A stretch of 64,000 nucleotides of DNA, taken from Candidatus Peregrinibacteria bacterium. Lineage in GTDB: Bacteria > Patescibacteriota > Gracilibacteria > UBA1369. A model generated the notes under the pieces. The model worked only from the letters and a program-made list of their open reading frames with translations. It had not been told where the DNA came from and searched no databases. Made by a program: the position numbers and the translations under genes. Every line of letters starts with the position of its first letter. Position 1 is the stretch's first letter. The stretch covers positions 896,001 to 960,000 of the forward strand of contig OY970195.1 of NCBI GenBank assembly GCA_963708185.1. Direction: 5' to 3'. This document shows positions 27,373 through 37,374 of this stretch, piece by piece.

Positions 27373-29951
27373 TGACTGCAAAAAAGCTTACACCGATGAT
27401 GGAGCAATACCAGGAGGTAAAGGCAAAATATCCTGAAGCGATTTTGTTTTACAGACTCGGTGATTTTTATGAAATGTTTTTCGAAGATGCCATCGAAGCT
27501 TCGGCATTATTACAGCTGACACTGACGGCGCGGAACAAAGGCGACCATAAGGCTCCGATGTGCGGCATTCCCTATCACGCCGCCCAAAATTACATCGCCA
27601 AACTCACCCGTCTCGGCAAGAAGGTCGCCATTTGCGAACAGCTTTCGGATCCGAATTTACCGGGCATCGTGAAGCGTGACGTGGTGCGGATTATTACTCC
27701 CGGCACGACGCTTGATGAAAACGTTCTGGAACAAAAAACCAATAATTTTGTGGCGGCGATCGTGGAAAGTGACGGCCGTTTCGGCCTTGCTTCAGCCGAC
27801 CTTTCAACGGGCCATTTTCAGGTTACGGAGATCGGGAACGGGAAGGATTTTCTGGTTGAAATGGTGAGGCTTCATCCCGTCGAAGCCGTCGTCGAACCAT
27901 CGTTCCTTGGTTCGGCAGTCATGAAAAAGTTTGATGAAGCGCGTCTTTCGACGTTCTTTTTTGCGCATGAAAGCGCCAGCGGCACACCGGCTGCAAATCC
28001 CGAAGAAGCCGCCTCCGCTTTGCTCATGGATTATCTGAAGCAGACCCAAAAAAGCGACCTTCCTCACATTCGCGATGTTCAACGCTATTCCACAGAGGAT
28101 TTCATGGCGCTCGACGAGGCCACGCTCAAGAACCTGGAACTTCTTTCGACGCTGCGTGAAAACGGCAAGGAAGGTTCCCTTTTATGGGTACTTGATGAGA
28201 CGATCACCTCGATGGGTGGAAGATATTTAAGATACGTTCTTACCCATCCGCTCTTACAAAAAACTGTCATTGAAGAACGGCTGCAGGCGGTCCGTGCGCT
28301 GGTTGAAAAACCTAACGCTTTGGAAGATATCCGTTCATCGTTGAAAAACATTCTGGATCTGGAAAGGCTGCTGGCGCGTCTGAGCCTGGGGCACGGCAAC
28401 GCGCGCGACCTTTTGGCGCTTAAGAACTCGCTGAAATCTGTTCCGGTTACCCGTGAACTTTTGCAGGGCTTCACGGCCGGGTTGATCCAGGCAACGGCAA
28501 AAGATCTTCACGGTCTTCCCGATCTTGCCGATATTCTGGAGCGCTCGATCGTTGACGAACCTCCTTTGGGCGTCAAAGAAGGCGACATGATCCGTGAGGG
28601 CTTCAATCGTGAACTTGATGAGATCAAAACCATCAGCCGCGAGGGCAAAGGATACATTCAATCCCTTCAGGAACAGGAAATCCGACGCACGGGCATCAAC
28701 TCCCTGAAGATCCGTTACAACTCCGTTTTCGGTTATTACATCGAAGTCAGTAAGGCGAACCTTCATGCGGTTCCTCAGGATTACATCCGCAAACAGACCC
28801 TCGTGAACGCCGAACGTTTCATAACTCCCGAACTGAAGGTGTACGAAGAGAAAGTCCTTGGTGCTGAAGAAAAAATCGTCGCCCTCGAGTATTCCATTTT
28901 CAACGGACTGAGGGAAAAAGTCGTGGCGGAAATTGAATGCATCCAGAAACTCGCGCGGGCGCTGGCCCAGCTTGACGTACTGTGCAGCTTCGCAAAAACA
29001 GCGCTGATTTACGGCTACTGCAAGCCTGAAATACATGACGACGCTTCTTTGTCAATTGTGAACGGACGTCATCCCGTTGTTGAAAAAATGAGTGCCAACG
29101 GACGGTTCATTCCGAATGACACCAGCTTCGATAACAAACAAAAACTCTTGCTGGTAACCGGACCGAACATGGGAGGGAAGTCCACCTATCTGCGCCAGAA
29201 CGCGCTGATTGTTCTGATGGCGCACCTCGGTTCGTTCGTGCCCGCGGAGCGGGCGAGCATCGGGCTGGTGGACAGAATTTTCACCAGGGTGGGAGCTTCC
29301 GACAACCTAGTGCGCGGGCAAAGCACCTTCATGGTGGAAATGCAGGAGACCGCGTATATCCTGAATCACGCCACGGAGCGGAGTTTAATCATACTCGATG
29401 AAGTCGGTCGAGGAACTTCCACGTACGACGGCATGAGTATCGCTTGGGCGATCGTGGAGTTTTTGCACGACCATGTGGGCGCAAAAACATTGTTTGCAAC
29501 GCATTACCATGAACTTATTTCCCTGGCCGACAAACTTCCAAACGCCGCCAACTACTCCGTCGCGGTCCGCGAAAACGAGGACGAGGGCGTGGTGTTCCTT
29601 TATACAATCGTTCCCGGCGGCGTTGACCGCAGTTATGGCATTGAGGTGGCGAAACTCGCCGGACTCCCTCAGGATGTTGTGGCCAAAGCGCGCCAGATTC
29701 TGGTCGACCTGGAAGAAGGCTCGCATCAAGCGGCTATCCAGGCCGAACTTGAAGACGCGACCAAGCGGATCCCCGAAGACCAGATGCCATTATTCGAACG
29801 GCAACAAAAAAATATCGAACAGCAGCGCGTTCTTGAACAGAAACCCGCACAGAACCACCCGGCCGTGGACGAACTGCAAAAGATCGACGTCAACAGTCTG
29901 ACGCCGATCGAAGCATTGAACCGGATTGCGGAACTTAAAAAGAAACTTTAG
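27369..29951 (+). CDS. mutS: DNA mismatch repair protein MutS
   Basis: TPMMEQY, GDFYEMF, GPNMGGKSTY, STFMVEM, DEVGRGTST, SYGIEVA. Confidence 0.97.
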   Translation: MMTAKKLTPMMEQYQEVKAKYPEAILFYRLGDFYEMFFEDAIEASALLQLTLTARNKGDHKAPMCGIPYHAAQNYIAKLTRLGKKVAICEQLSDPNLPGIVKRDVVRIITPGTTLDENVLEQKTNNFVAAIVESDGRFGLASADLSTGHFQVTEIGNGKDFLVEMVRLHPVEAVVEPSFLGSAVMKKFDEARLSTFFFAHESASGTPAANPEEAASALLMDYLKQTQKSDLPHIRDVQRYSTEDFMALDEATLKNLELLSTLRENGKEGSLLWVLDETITSMGGRYLRYVLTHPLLQKTVIEERLQAVRALVEKPNALEDIRSSLKNILDLERLLARLSLGHGNARDLLALKNSLKSVPVTRELLQGFTAGLIQATAKDLHGLPDLADILERSIVDEPPLGVKEGDMIREGFNRELDEIKTISREGKGYIQSLQEQEIRRTGINSLKIRYNSVFGYYIEVSKANLHAVPQDYIRKQTLVNAERFITPELKVYEEKVLGAEEKIVALEYSIFNGLREKVVAEIECIQKLARALAQLDVLCSFAKTALIYGYCKPEIHDDASLSIVNGRHPVVEKMSANGRFIPNDTSFDNKQKLLLVTGPNMGGKSTYLRQNALIVLMAHLGSFVPAERASIGLVDRIFTRVGASDNLVRGQSTFMVEMQETAYILNHATERSLIILDEVGRGTSTYDGMSIAWAIVEFLHDHVGAKTLFATHYHELISLADKLPNAANYSVAVRENEDEGVVFLYTIVPGGVDRSYGIEVAKLAGLPQDVVAKARQILVDLEEGSHQAAIQAELEDATKRIPEDQMPLFERQQKNIEQQRVLEQKPAQNHPAVDELQKIDVNSLTPIEALNRIAELKKKL

Positions 29952-30988
29952 GCCGTTTGCATTGGTGATGTTGGGGGAGTCGGCTGTGAAGGAGGTTCCA
30001 TTGTTTTTTGCATCCCGCCTGCCATTTCAGCTTTGCCCATCAGTGCTTTTTTCATGAAGGAGTAACCGAAAATCATTGAAAAAGTCCCGACGAGCAGGCT
30101 CGGAATGATTCCCACATAGACCGTCATGTATTGAATATAGCTCAAAGAAGACGCCAGGTCCGTTGGCATGGGGAAGACCATTCCGATAATCTGTGCAATA
30201 AGCTGATTCAGGATGACGGCAACGATTCCCACCAATAACGACATCAAAACATAGTTCCAGAAAATTTTTCCGAGCATTCCCCGGGAAAGTTCGATGCTTT
30301 CATGCATGGCTTCTTTGTTTGAGATCTTCTTGGAAAGAAGAATTGGGAAAGCAAACGCGACTTTGCAGAATCTGCGAATAATGAAAACAGCAACAACGAT
30401 CATGACGAGCGGCGTCCATGATGCCACGTAATTGATGTACGTCTGAACCGTTGGAGAGAAAAGGGCGGTTCCATCGCCGGAGATTGCCGCGCCGAATATT
30501 CCTAAAACCATCACCACTGCCAACATCATAAAAATCCAGGCTCCAGTGTACAAAAAAATTCTGATACTGAGCCAGGATGAAGCACCAAGTTCCTTGAGGG
30601 CGTCACTGATGGTCTGTCCAAAAGGAATTTTCCCTTGGGTGTCCGCATAGTACGCACCACGCAAGATGGCGTTGATCCCAAGAAGCTGGATGAGCCAGCC
30701 TAAAACGACGGCAAGAATGACTCCGCCGGCCAGCATCCATATATTGAGATTTTGCAGAAGGGAACCTCCGTTTGCAGCAGATGTCGCTGCGGCATTTATC
30801 CCTACGGCTCCAAAAATAACCAACTGAAAAATAGCGGTAAGTATAACGGGCAAAACGAAAAGTCCCAGAAAGGGGAAGAAGTTTTTGATGTAGAGGTTCC
30901 AGGTTTCTTTTAAAACCGGACCAAGGTTCGTTTGTTTTGAAGTGTACTTCTCTTCGTGTTGATCTTTGGGTTGATTTTGAGCATCCAT
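29948..30988 (-). CDS. Hypothetical integral membrane protein
   Basis: About 6 TM helices; P/T-rich C-terminus. Confidence 0.75.
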   Translation of the reverse strand: MDAQNQPKDQHEEKYTSKQTNLGPVLKETWNLYIKNFFPFLGLFVLPVILTAIFQLVIFGAVGINAAATSAANGGSLLQNLNIWMLAGGVILAVVLGWLIQLLGINAILRGAYYADTQGKIPFGQTISDALKELGASSWLSIRIFLYTGAWIFMMLAVVMVLGIFGAAISGDGTALFSPTVQTYINYVASWTPLVMIVVAVFIIRRFCKVAFAFPILLSKKISNKEAMHESIELSRGMLGKIFWNYVLMSLLVGIVAVILNQLIAQIIGMVFPMPTDLASSLSYIQYMTVYVGIIPSLLVGTFSMIFGYSFMKKALMGKAEMAGGMQKTMEPPSQPTPPTSPMQTA

Positions 30989-31114
30989 AAATGCGGGGTG
31001 AGGAAATTTAGATCATTGTACAATAATCGCAATTTTGCTTCAACTTGAGCTCTTTTTAAGGCATTGCCGTGAAAGCTCCGGGAGGGTAGGTTTGCTGTGT
31101 CACTAACGGTTTTT

Positions 31115-32974
31115 ATGAGTAAGATCCAACAACTTCCTGAACACCTCATCAATCAGATTGCAGCGGGTGAAGTGGTGGAGCGTCCTGCATCGGTGGTGAA
31201 AGAACTTCTTGAGAACTCTTTGGACGCGGGAGCAAAAAAAATTATCATTGAAGTGAGCGGCGGGGGTGACAGTTTTTTGCGCATCACGGATGACGGAAGC
31301 GGTATGGACCGCGAGGATGCGGTCCTGGCTTTTGAACGCCACGCCACCAGTAAAATCGCGACGACCGACGATCTTTTTACGATTCACACGCTGGGTTTCC
31401 GCGGCGAAGCGATCGCGAGTATTGCTTCGGTTTCCTCCGTGACGCTCCAGACAAAAAAAAGAGGAGAAATGGAAGGGACGCTGGTGATAGCCGAAGGAGG
31501 AAAAATTTCCAAAATCCAGCCGATAGGCACCCCCGAAGGCACGCAGATCGAAGTGCAGAATCTTTTCTTTAACACTCCCGCCCGAAAAAAATATCTTAAG
31601 AGCGACTCTACGGAATACCAGCACATTCTTGATACCGTGACCTGGATCGCATTGGCTTTTTGCCATGTTTCTTTCCGTGTTATTCACGATGGAAAACTTG
31701 TTTTTGACCTTCCCGGCGTTGAGGACGAATTCACGCGGATCCGCACGCTCTTTGGCAAGACAATCGCCGATGATCTTATTCCCGTTTTTTACGGGCATTC
31801 ACAGATCCAGCTTAAGGGTTTTATCGGCAAGCCCGTCCTTGCAAGGTCGAATCGCAATTTTCAATATCTTTTCGTCAACGACCGCGAAGTGAAATCGCAC
31901 GTGCTGGGTTATGCCGTCAAACAAAGTTATGCTTCCCTTTTGCCCAAGGAAAAATATCCTGTCTTCTTTCTGTACTTCGACATTGATCCTTCGATGGTGG
32001 ACGTAAATGTACATCCGCGAAAAATGGAAGTGCGTTTCCGCGACGAGCGGGAAATTTTCAGCGCCACGACGCAGGCTTGCAGGAAAGCTCTTGAAACTCA
32101 TGTTCTTGCACCGAATATCGGCGGCGGTGTTCCCGTAAACTACTACACCGAGCGCAAAGCCCAGCCCTTGAAGGTGGGAGAACCCGTGACGGAATTCCAG
32201 GTGCCGAGCGAAGGCGAAGGCACCAATGAGGCCGCCGCGGTTGCGGTCGCAGCTGTTGCGGATATAACTCCTCCTTCCGCGAAAAGTCCGGTCGATACCG
32301 GATTCACCGCGGCGGCTCAGGAAAATCTCCAGCAGGAAATGGTGTTCTCTCCCCAGAGTGTTCCTCATCACGCACAGGAAAGAAAACACCTCGACCCGAT
32401 GCTTGCCCTGGCACAGCTCAACAACTCCTATATCCTCTGCCGACAGGGCACGGCCCTGGTTATCGTTGACCAGCATGCCGCGCATGAACGGATCCGTTTT
32501 ACGGAAATTTTCGCGGAATTCTCACAAAAAAAACTGACGACCCAAACCCTGGCGATCCCTTTCCAGATGGAACTTTCCACCAAGGAAATCTGCATGTTCG
32601 AAGAAAATACGGAACTGTTCAAACAACTCGGATTCGAGATCGAACCTTTCGGCGGAAAAACCTATGCCGTGCACAGCGTTCCGGCGAGCCTGGGACAGAA
32701 AGACATCCAGCAGGCCTTTACCGGTTTGCTCGACGAGTTTTCCGAGGGAAAGAACAATGTGGAGGAACAGACGGCCAAAGCGTTGACCTATCTTTCCTGC
32801 AGATCGGCTGTGAAGTTCGGCGATCCTTTGAGCCGCGAGGAGCAGGTCGCATTGATTGAAAAACTGCAGACGCTCGATCAGCCTTATACCTGCCCTCACG
32901 GAAGGCCCACAATGATCGTCATGTCTTCGGAGGAACTGAAAAAGCGCTTCGGCAGGGATTACGCAGGGATGTAA
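31115..32974 (+). CDS. mutL: DNA mismatch repair endonuclease MutL
   Basis: IAAGEVVERP, GFRGEA, DVNVHP, DQHAAHERIRF, SCR, CPHGRP. Confidence 0.97.
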   Translation: MSKIQQLPEHLINQIAAGEVVERPASVVKELLENSLDAGAKKIIIEVSGGGDSFLRITDDGSGMDREDAVLAFERHATSKIATTDDLFTIHTLGFRGEAIASIASVSSVTLQTKKRGEMEGTLVIAEGGKISKIQPIGTPEGTQIEVQNLFFNTPARKKYLKSDSTEYQHILDTVTWIALAFCHVSFRVIHDGKLVFDLPGVEDEFTRIRTLFGKTIADDLIPVFYGHSQIQLKGFIGKPVLARSNRNFQYLFVNDREVKSHVLGYAVKQSYASLLPKEKYPVFFLYFDIDPSMVDVNVHPRKMEVRFRDEREIFSATTQACRKALETHVLAPNIGGGVPVNYYTERKAQPLKVGEPVTEFQVPSEGEGTNEAAAVAVAAVADITPPSAKSPVDTGFTAAAQENLQQEMVFSPQSVPHHAQERKHLDPMLALAQLNNSYILCRQGTALVIVDQHAAHERIRFTEIFAEFSQKKLTTQTLAIPFQMELSTKEICMFEENTELFKQLGFEIEPFGGKTYAVHSVPASLGQKDIQQAFTGLLDEFSEGKNNVEEQTAKALTYLSCRSAVKFGDPLSREEQVALIEKLQTLDQPYTCPHGRPTMIVMSSEELKKRFGRDYAGM

Positions 32975-32982
32975 ATTTCGGT

Positions 32983-35223
32983 TTATTCAGTCCCCACCAA
33001 TGCCGCCATATAGGCGTCGTTTTCGAGTTTGGTCTGAAGGACGGCCTGGTTATCCTGCGGAAAGAGCAGCGTTGCAGGAAAAGAATCGTACATCTTGAGT
33101 CCCTGGGCCACGACGAGGTTCTGATCGAGCGAACTCAGGACGATGCCGGGCTGGCGCTGGGCGAAGAAGTGGTAACTATCGGCGATGGCGGTGTTGAGTT
33201 TGACGGGCAGACGGTAACTCAGGGTCACCGATTGTTCCTCCCCGGCGGGAATATCCATTTCGAACATGAAGTAACTCTTCTGGATGTCGTCGTCGTTTTT
33301 GGTTTCGACCGTGCTCTGATCCACGCCGTTCGTGCCGAGGAGCGTGGAGCCTTCGGGAACGTAGACTTTGATCGACGATTTGTTGGGGCCGCTGCCGAGG
33401 ATGTACTGGACCGTTTTGGAAATATCCGTGTATCCGAAAGGTTTGAGGGTGGCTTTCCACTTGGTTAACTCTGCGGAAGACCAGGTGTGTTTCCGGTCGA
33501 TGGTGACCTCGTCGGTCATGGTCCCGTCTTTGGCGACGACGGTGGTATGTTCGATGGACTGTTGTATATAGGCGTCGCTCTTGTTCCCTCCAATGGAGGT
33601 GGTGATGACCTGAAGGTAGTCCTCATTGGGTTTGGTGCGGATGACGCGGCCGCTGAAGCCGAGTTCATCGAAAAAATTCTGGATGTCCTCGTCACGGGAG
33701 TAAAGAAGGATGTCGCGGTTCTTGAGCGCATCGATGACGAGCTTGACGATCTGCCCGATGTCTTTGGATTCCATGAGCTGCTTCTGGAAAGCCGGGATGA
33801 AACTTTTCAGGATTTTTTTTGGATCACCGTCACCGCTCGCCTTGGACTCCACGAGGTAGGAAATGACGGTCTGATAGTTGTCCTTGGTCAACGGCGCCTT
33901 GAGCCCGTCGATGCTGACCGGGCCGGTGACGTCGAACAGCCTGGAAATAAAACTCTGGTTGATGGCGATGACGCTGTCCACGCTCGGGCCTTTTTCCTTC
34001 TGAAGGAACCAGGCGGCTTTTTCCGCGGAGATGGCGAAATCCGGCGAGTAGTTGGAGTCGCGCATGCGCCAGTTCTTGGTAATTTTGGCGATGTCTTCAG
34101 GCGCAGGAATGTCTTCCTGGAGCTGACCGTCGGTTTCATAAATATCGTGGAATTCCGTCTTCGTCACGTAGCCGTCATTCACGTCAACGATGAGGTAGCT
34201 GCCGATGAAGCCGCCGGTTGGCCGGGCTTCGGCGTCGTTCTGTAAAAGGATGAGGTACCGATGCAGATAGCGCTGACCGAGCATCTTCATGACGACCGGG
34301 ATTTTCTGCTGGGTCTCCTGAAGCACGTCCTGGAGTTTGGATACCGCGTCTTTGGCCGTGGCGAGTTTGGATTTCATTTGTTCGGGCAGAACGTCCGCAC
34401 TCACCTGCGAGAGATTCTGCGAAGCCGCGTTGATCTTGTCCGAGGCTTGGTTGAGGAAAGCGAGATCCAACTGGAGTTTATCGGTGAGCGACGGTTTTGG
34501 CGTTATGCTGTCTTCATCCACGGGCTGGGCTTTGACGGGCGTGAGCTCCGCGAGACTGTTGTTCTGGAGGAGCAGGGCCGGCAGGTCCTGCAAATGCACG
34601 ATGCCTTTGGCAAAATCCGTTCCTGCTTCACTGATGTTTTTCCCTGCTTCGAGGAGATTCTGGGCGGATTCCACGGTCTTTTCTTTCGTGTAAAAAGCGT
34701 TCTGGTTGGTCTCGAGAAATCTCAGTGTTGAAAGGGCGGAATCGAAATTTTCAGTGGCACCGGAAAAAGAGCTCTGTGCCTGTGCGAAATCGGCGTCCTT
34801 CGATTGGTTTCCCGCCTGGACCAGATTGTCATAGCCGTTGAAAGCCGTTGCGATGACGTCATTTTTGATGATGATACCCCGCTGATAGATGTTGACGATA
34901 TTGATGAGGAAAAGTATGAGCGTTCCGGCGGCAGCCACCCTGATGATCTCGCTGAGACGCTGGTTGCTCCTGGGCTTTCCTTCATTGACCTCGACGAACA
35001 TGAATCTGTCTTTTTCTCCATTTTCAAAAGATTTCCCTTTGCGGATATCCATTATTTTTTTGCTGCCGCCTTCCAGCACGGTCCGTTGCTTGTCGATCTT
35101 CGAAAGATCGAGGAAGTTCTGCGAAGGTTTTAATTTTTTTTGGGGCAGCGGTTTATCCTCGCCGATGGCGATCGGAGAAAATTTCTGCTTTTGCAGATCG
35201 CGAAACGTTTTGTTTTTTTTCAT
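32983..35223 (-). CDS. DUF4012-domain membrane-anchored protein
   Basis: YLILLQNDAEARPTGGFIGSY, RDSNYSPDF, GGNKSD, QRQPG. Confidence 0.8.
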   Translation of the reverse strand: MKKNKTFRDLQKQKFSPIAIGEDKPLPQKKLKPSQNFLDLSKIDKQRTVLEGGSKKIMDIRKGKSFENGEKDRFMFVEVNEGKPRSNQRLSEIIRVAAAGTLILFLINIVNIYQRGIIIKNDVIATAFNGYDNLVQAGNQSKDADFAQAQSSFSGATENFDSALSTLRFLETNQNAFYTKEKTVESAQNLLEAGKNISEAGTDFAKGIVHLQDLPALLLQNNSLAELTPVKAQPVDEDSITPKPSLTDKLQLDLAFLNQASDKINAASQNLSQVSADVLPEQMKSKLATAKDAVSKLQDVLQETQQKIPVVMKMLGQRYLHRYLILLQNDAEARPTGGFIGSYLIVDVNDGYVTKTEFHDIYETDGQLQEDIPAPEDIAKITKNWRMRDSNYSPDFAISAEKAAWFLQKEKGPSVDSVIAINQSFISRLFDVTGPVSIDGLKAPLTKDNYQTVISYLVESKASGDGDPKKILKSFIPAFQKQLMESKDIGQIVKLVIDALKNRDILLYSRDEDIQNFFDELGFSGRVIRTKPNEDYLQVITTSIGGNKSDAYIQQSIEHTTVVAKDGTMTDEVTIDRKHTWSSAELTKWKATLKPFGYTDISKTVQYILGSGPNKSSIKVYVPEGSTLLGTNGVDQSTVETKNDDDIQKSYFMFEMDIPAGEEQSVTLSYRLPVKLNTAIADSYHFFAQRQPGIVLSSLDQNLVVAQGLKMYDSFPATLLFPQDNQAVLQTKLENDAYMAALVGTE

Positions 35224-35231
35224 ACCGCTTG

Positions 35232-37244
35232 CTATAAAACGTCGATGACGTAGGTGGTGGCGATACCGTCGTCAAAATAGTTCTTGGCCATGGTCAGGCT
35301 GTTGAAACCTTCAACGTACGGCTTCACGTCCGGATTCTGGTCGAGACCGAGCACGGGGATGAGGGCGCCGAGTTTGATCTGGAAAATTTCGTCCGCGGTG
35401 CGCATGACGGGAAGAACGGTCCTGGTAAAGCTGTCGGAGGTCCTGAGACTTGTCTGTACCTTTCCGGCTTTGCGGTCGATGATGTTGTTGAGCGCCGCGG
35501 GATTGGTGGACAGCACGAGCGTGTTGTCGAGAATCGCATAGTTGATGCTCCACGGCAGGCTTCCCAGCTGGAGGTTGGTCACGTTGTAGCCGTCGTAGTT
35601 GGAGTCGGTGCGGGTGATCTCTTCGGCGCTGGCGACGATCTCCTGGCCTTTGGTTCCGTCCGGGAGCGTCACCTCCTTGATTTCCGGAGAAAAGATGGCG
35701 CGCGTTTTGATGAAGGCGCTGGCAAGTTTTTCGATGCGCACGGTATCGAGGTTCTTGTCGGTAAGGTTCATGAATACGGAAACGACCGGTTGTTCGAAAT
35801 TGTTTTCGACGGTGACAAGGTACTCGTTCTGGAGCAGCGGATAGACGTCGGATTCGAGCGAAATGTCTTTCCCGAAATATTTGTCTTTCTGGGCCTGGAG
35901 GATGCCGTCGAAAAGGGTCTGGCTGATGTTGGTGCCGCTGCCGAAAATCTCACCGATGCGGTTGATCTCCTTGTACAGATCGTGACCTCCTGCAAAAAGA
36001 ATGGGGCTTTCTCCGGCAAGTTCAAGGAGCTTGCCTTCATATTTATCGCCGTAGGTGAGGTAGGTCGCGCCCTGGAGCTGGCTGCGGTCGATAGCCTCAA
36101 AAGACTGAACGGTCAGGTTGGTCTCGTTGGCAACCACCGTGAACCCTTCAGCAGAAAATATTTTCATGAACGGCTGCATCACCACAAGATCGTGCGTTTT
36201 TTGTCCCTGGAAAAGGGGGTTCTTCAGCAGCGTATCGAAGAGTTTCTGGACGTTGGCGTATCCGAAGACCAGCTGGTTCTGGGGAAGATTGTTGTAGACT
36301 TTCTGAAAAGTGGGATCATCCTGAAGTTTGTTGGTCTGTCCGCTCTGGACATCCAGAAGCTGCTTGAGAAGATCCTCGTTGCCCGCAAGAACGAGATAGT
36401 TATTGAGAAAAGCGAAATAGTAGCTCTGGCTGAGTTTGTAATGATAGATGGTGTAATTCTTGTAGGTGTCATTGAGCAGTTCGTCCCCTGAGTTGGCAAG
36501 CGCCCGATTCTTGAGGAACTCCATGGTTTTGTCGGAACTCTTGTTTTCAACAAAGAGCAGGAGTTTGACGGTATTGTCGTCCTGGTTCTGCTTCATGAGA
36601 ACCACGCCGATCTTCCGGCCGATCCATGGCTCGATGTCTTTCTCGTAGTCCACGGGAAAAATCAGGTCGGCCAGTTTGACGAGATTCGACGACTGGTATA
36701 CCGGATATTTCGCGAAGAGCGAGGTGAATTTTTTGACCTGATCGGAGTCCGGATCGATGTTCAGTTCAACAAAACCCACGGTGGAATCGGCGGGCAGGAA
36801 ATGCGCGAGCGATTCGGGACGGAAGAGTCTCGTGTAGAGAAAATAACTGACGAAACCGATCATAAAAAGCCCCACGATGACCATGACGGCTCCACGGATT
36901 TTTTGCCATTGTTGTTCCGTAAAGACCGGCTTCCGCAGTTTCTTCTCTTTGGGCGCGTGATGGACCGGCTTGGGGGTTTCAACTTTTAACTGTTCAGATT
37001 TTACAGGTTCGAGTTTTGTTGCTTCGATCTTTGCTATTTTCGCTTCTTCTTTTTTGATTTCAGCTTTGACTTCAGCAGCTTTTTTCTTGGAGGCTTTCTT
37101 GTCTTTGGCGGTTTTTACTCTTTTGAGAAGTTTCTTGAGAATTTTTTTATTCTCCTGCGCCTCTTTTTCGAGTTGGATTTGTTCAGGGGTTTTTACGGGC
37201 TTTTTCGTCGAGGCCACGGTTTTCTTTTTGTTTTTTTTCCCCAT
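35232..37244 (-). CDS. Membrane-anchored protein (DUF3352-like) with Lys-rich N-terminus
   Basis: K-rich N-terminus, single TM, LAHFLPADST...DIEPWIG pattern. Confidence 0.65.
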   Translation of the reverse strand: MGKKNKKKTVASTKKPVKTPEQIQLEKEAQENKKILKKLLKRVKTAKDKKASKKKAAEVKAEIKKEEAKIAKIEATKLEPVKSEQLKVETPKPVHHAPKEKKLRKPVFTEQQWQKIRGAVMVIVGLFMIGFVSYFLYTRLFRPESLAHFLPADSTVGFVELNIDPDSDQVKKFTSLFAKYPVYQSSNLVKLADLIFPVDYEKDIEPWIGRKIGVVLMKQNQDDNTVKLLLFVENKSSDKTMEFLKNRALANSGDELLNDTYKNYTIYHYKLSQSYYFAFLNNYLVLAGNEDLLKQLLDVQSGQTNKLQDDPTFQKVYNNLPQNQLVFGYANVQKLFDTLLKNPLFQGQKTHDLVVMQPFMKIFSAEGFTVVANETNLTVQSFEAIDRSQLQGATYLTYGDKYEGKLLELAGESPILFAGGHDLYKEINRIGEIFGSGTNISQTLFDGILQAQKDKYFGKDISLESDVYPLLQNEYLVTVENNFEQPVVSVFMNLTDKNLDTVRIEKLASAFIKTRAIFSPEIKEVTLPDGTKGQEIVASAEEITRTDSNYDGYNVTNLQLGSLPWSINYAILDNTLVLSTNPAALNNIIDRKAGKVQTSLRTSDSFTRTVLPVMRTADEIFQIKLGALIPVLGLDQNPDVKPYVEGFNSLTMAKNYFDDGIATTYVIDVL

Positions 37245-37374
37245 AATAAATCAGAAAAAAAGGATGCACAGTCCGGTGAGCAATAGTATCTCAGAACAGC
37301 CTTGAAAGTTCAAGCTGATTACTGCTAGAATACAAGCCCGACGAGAGGTGATTACCCGATAATTCTTTCCTGAC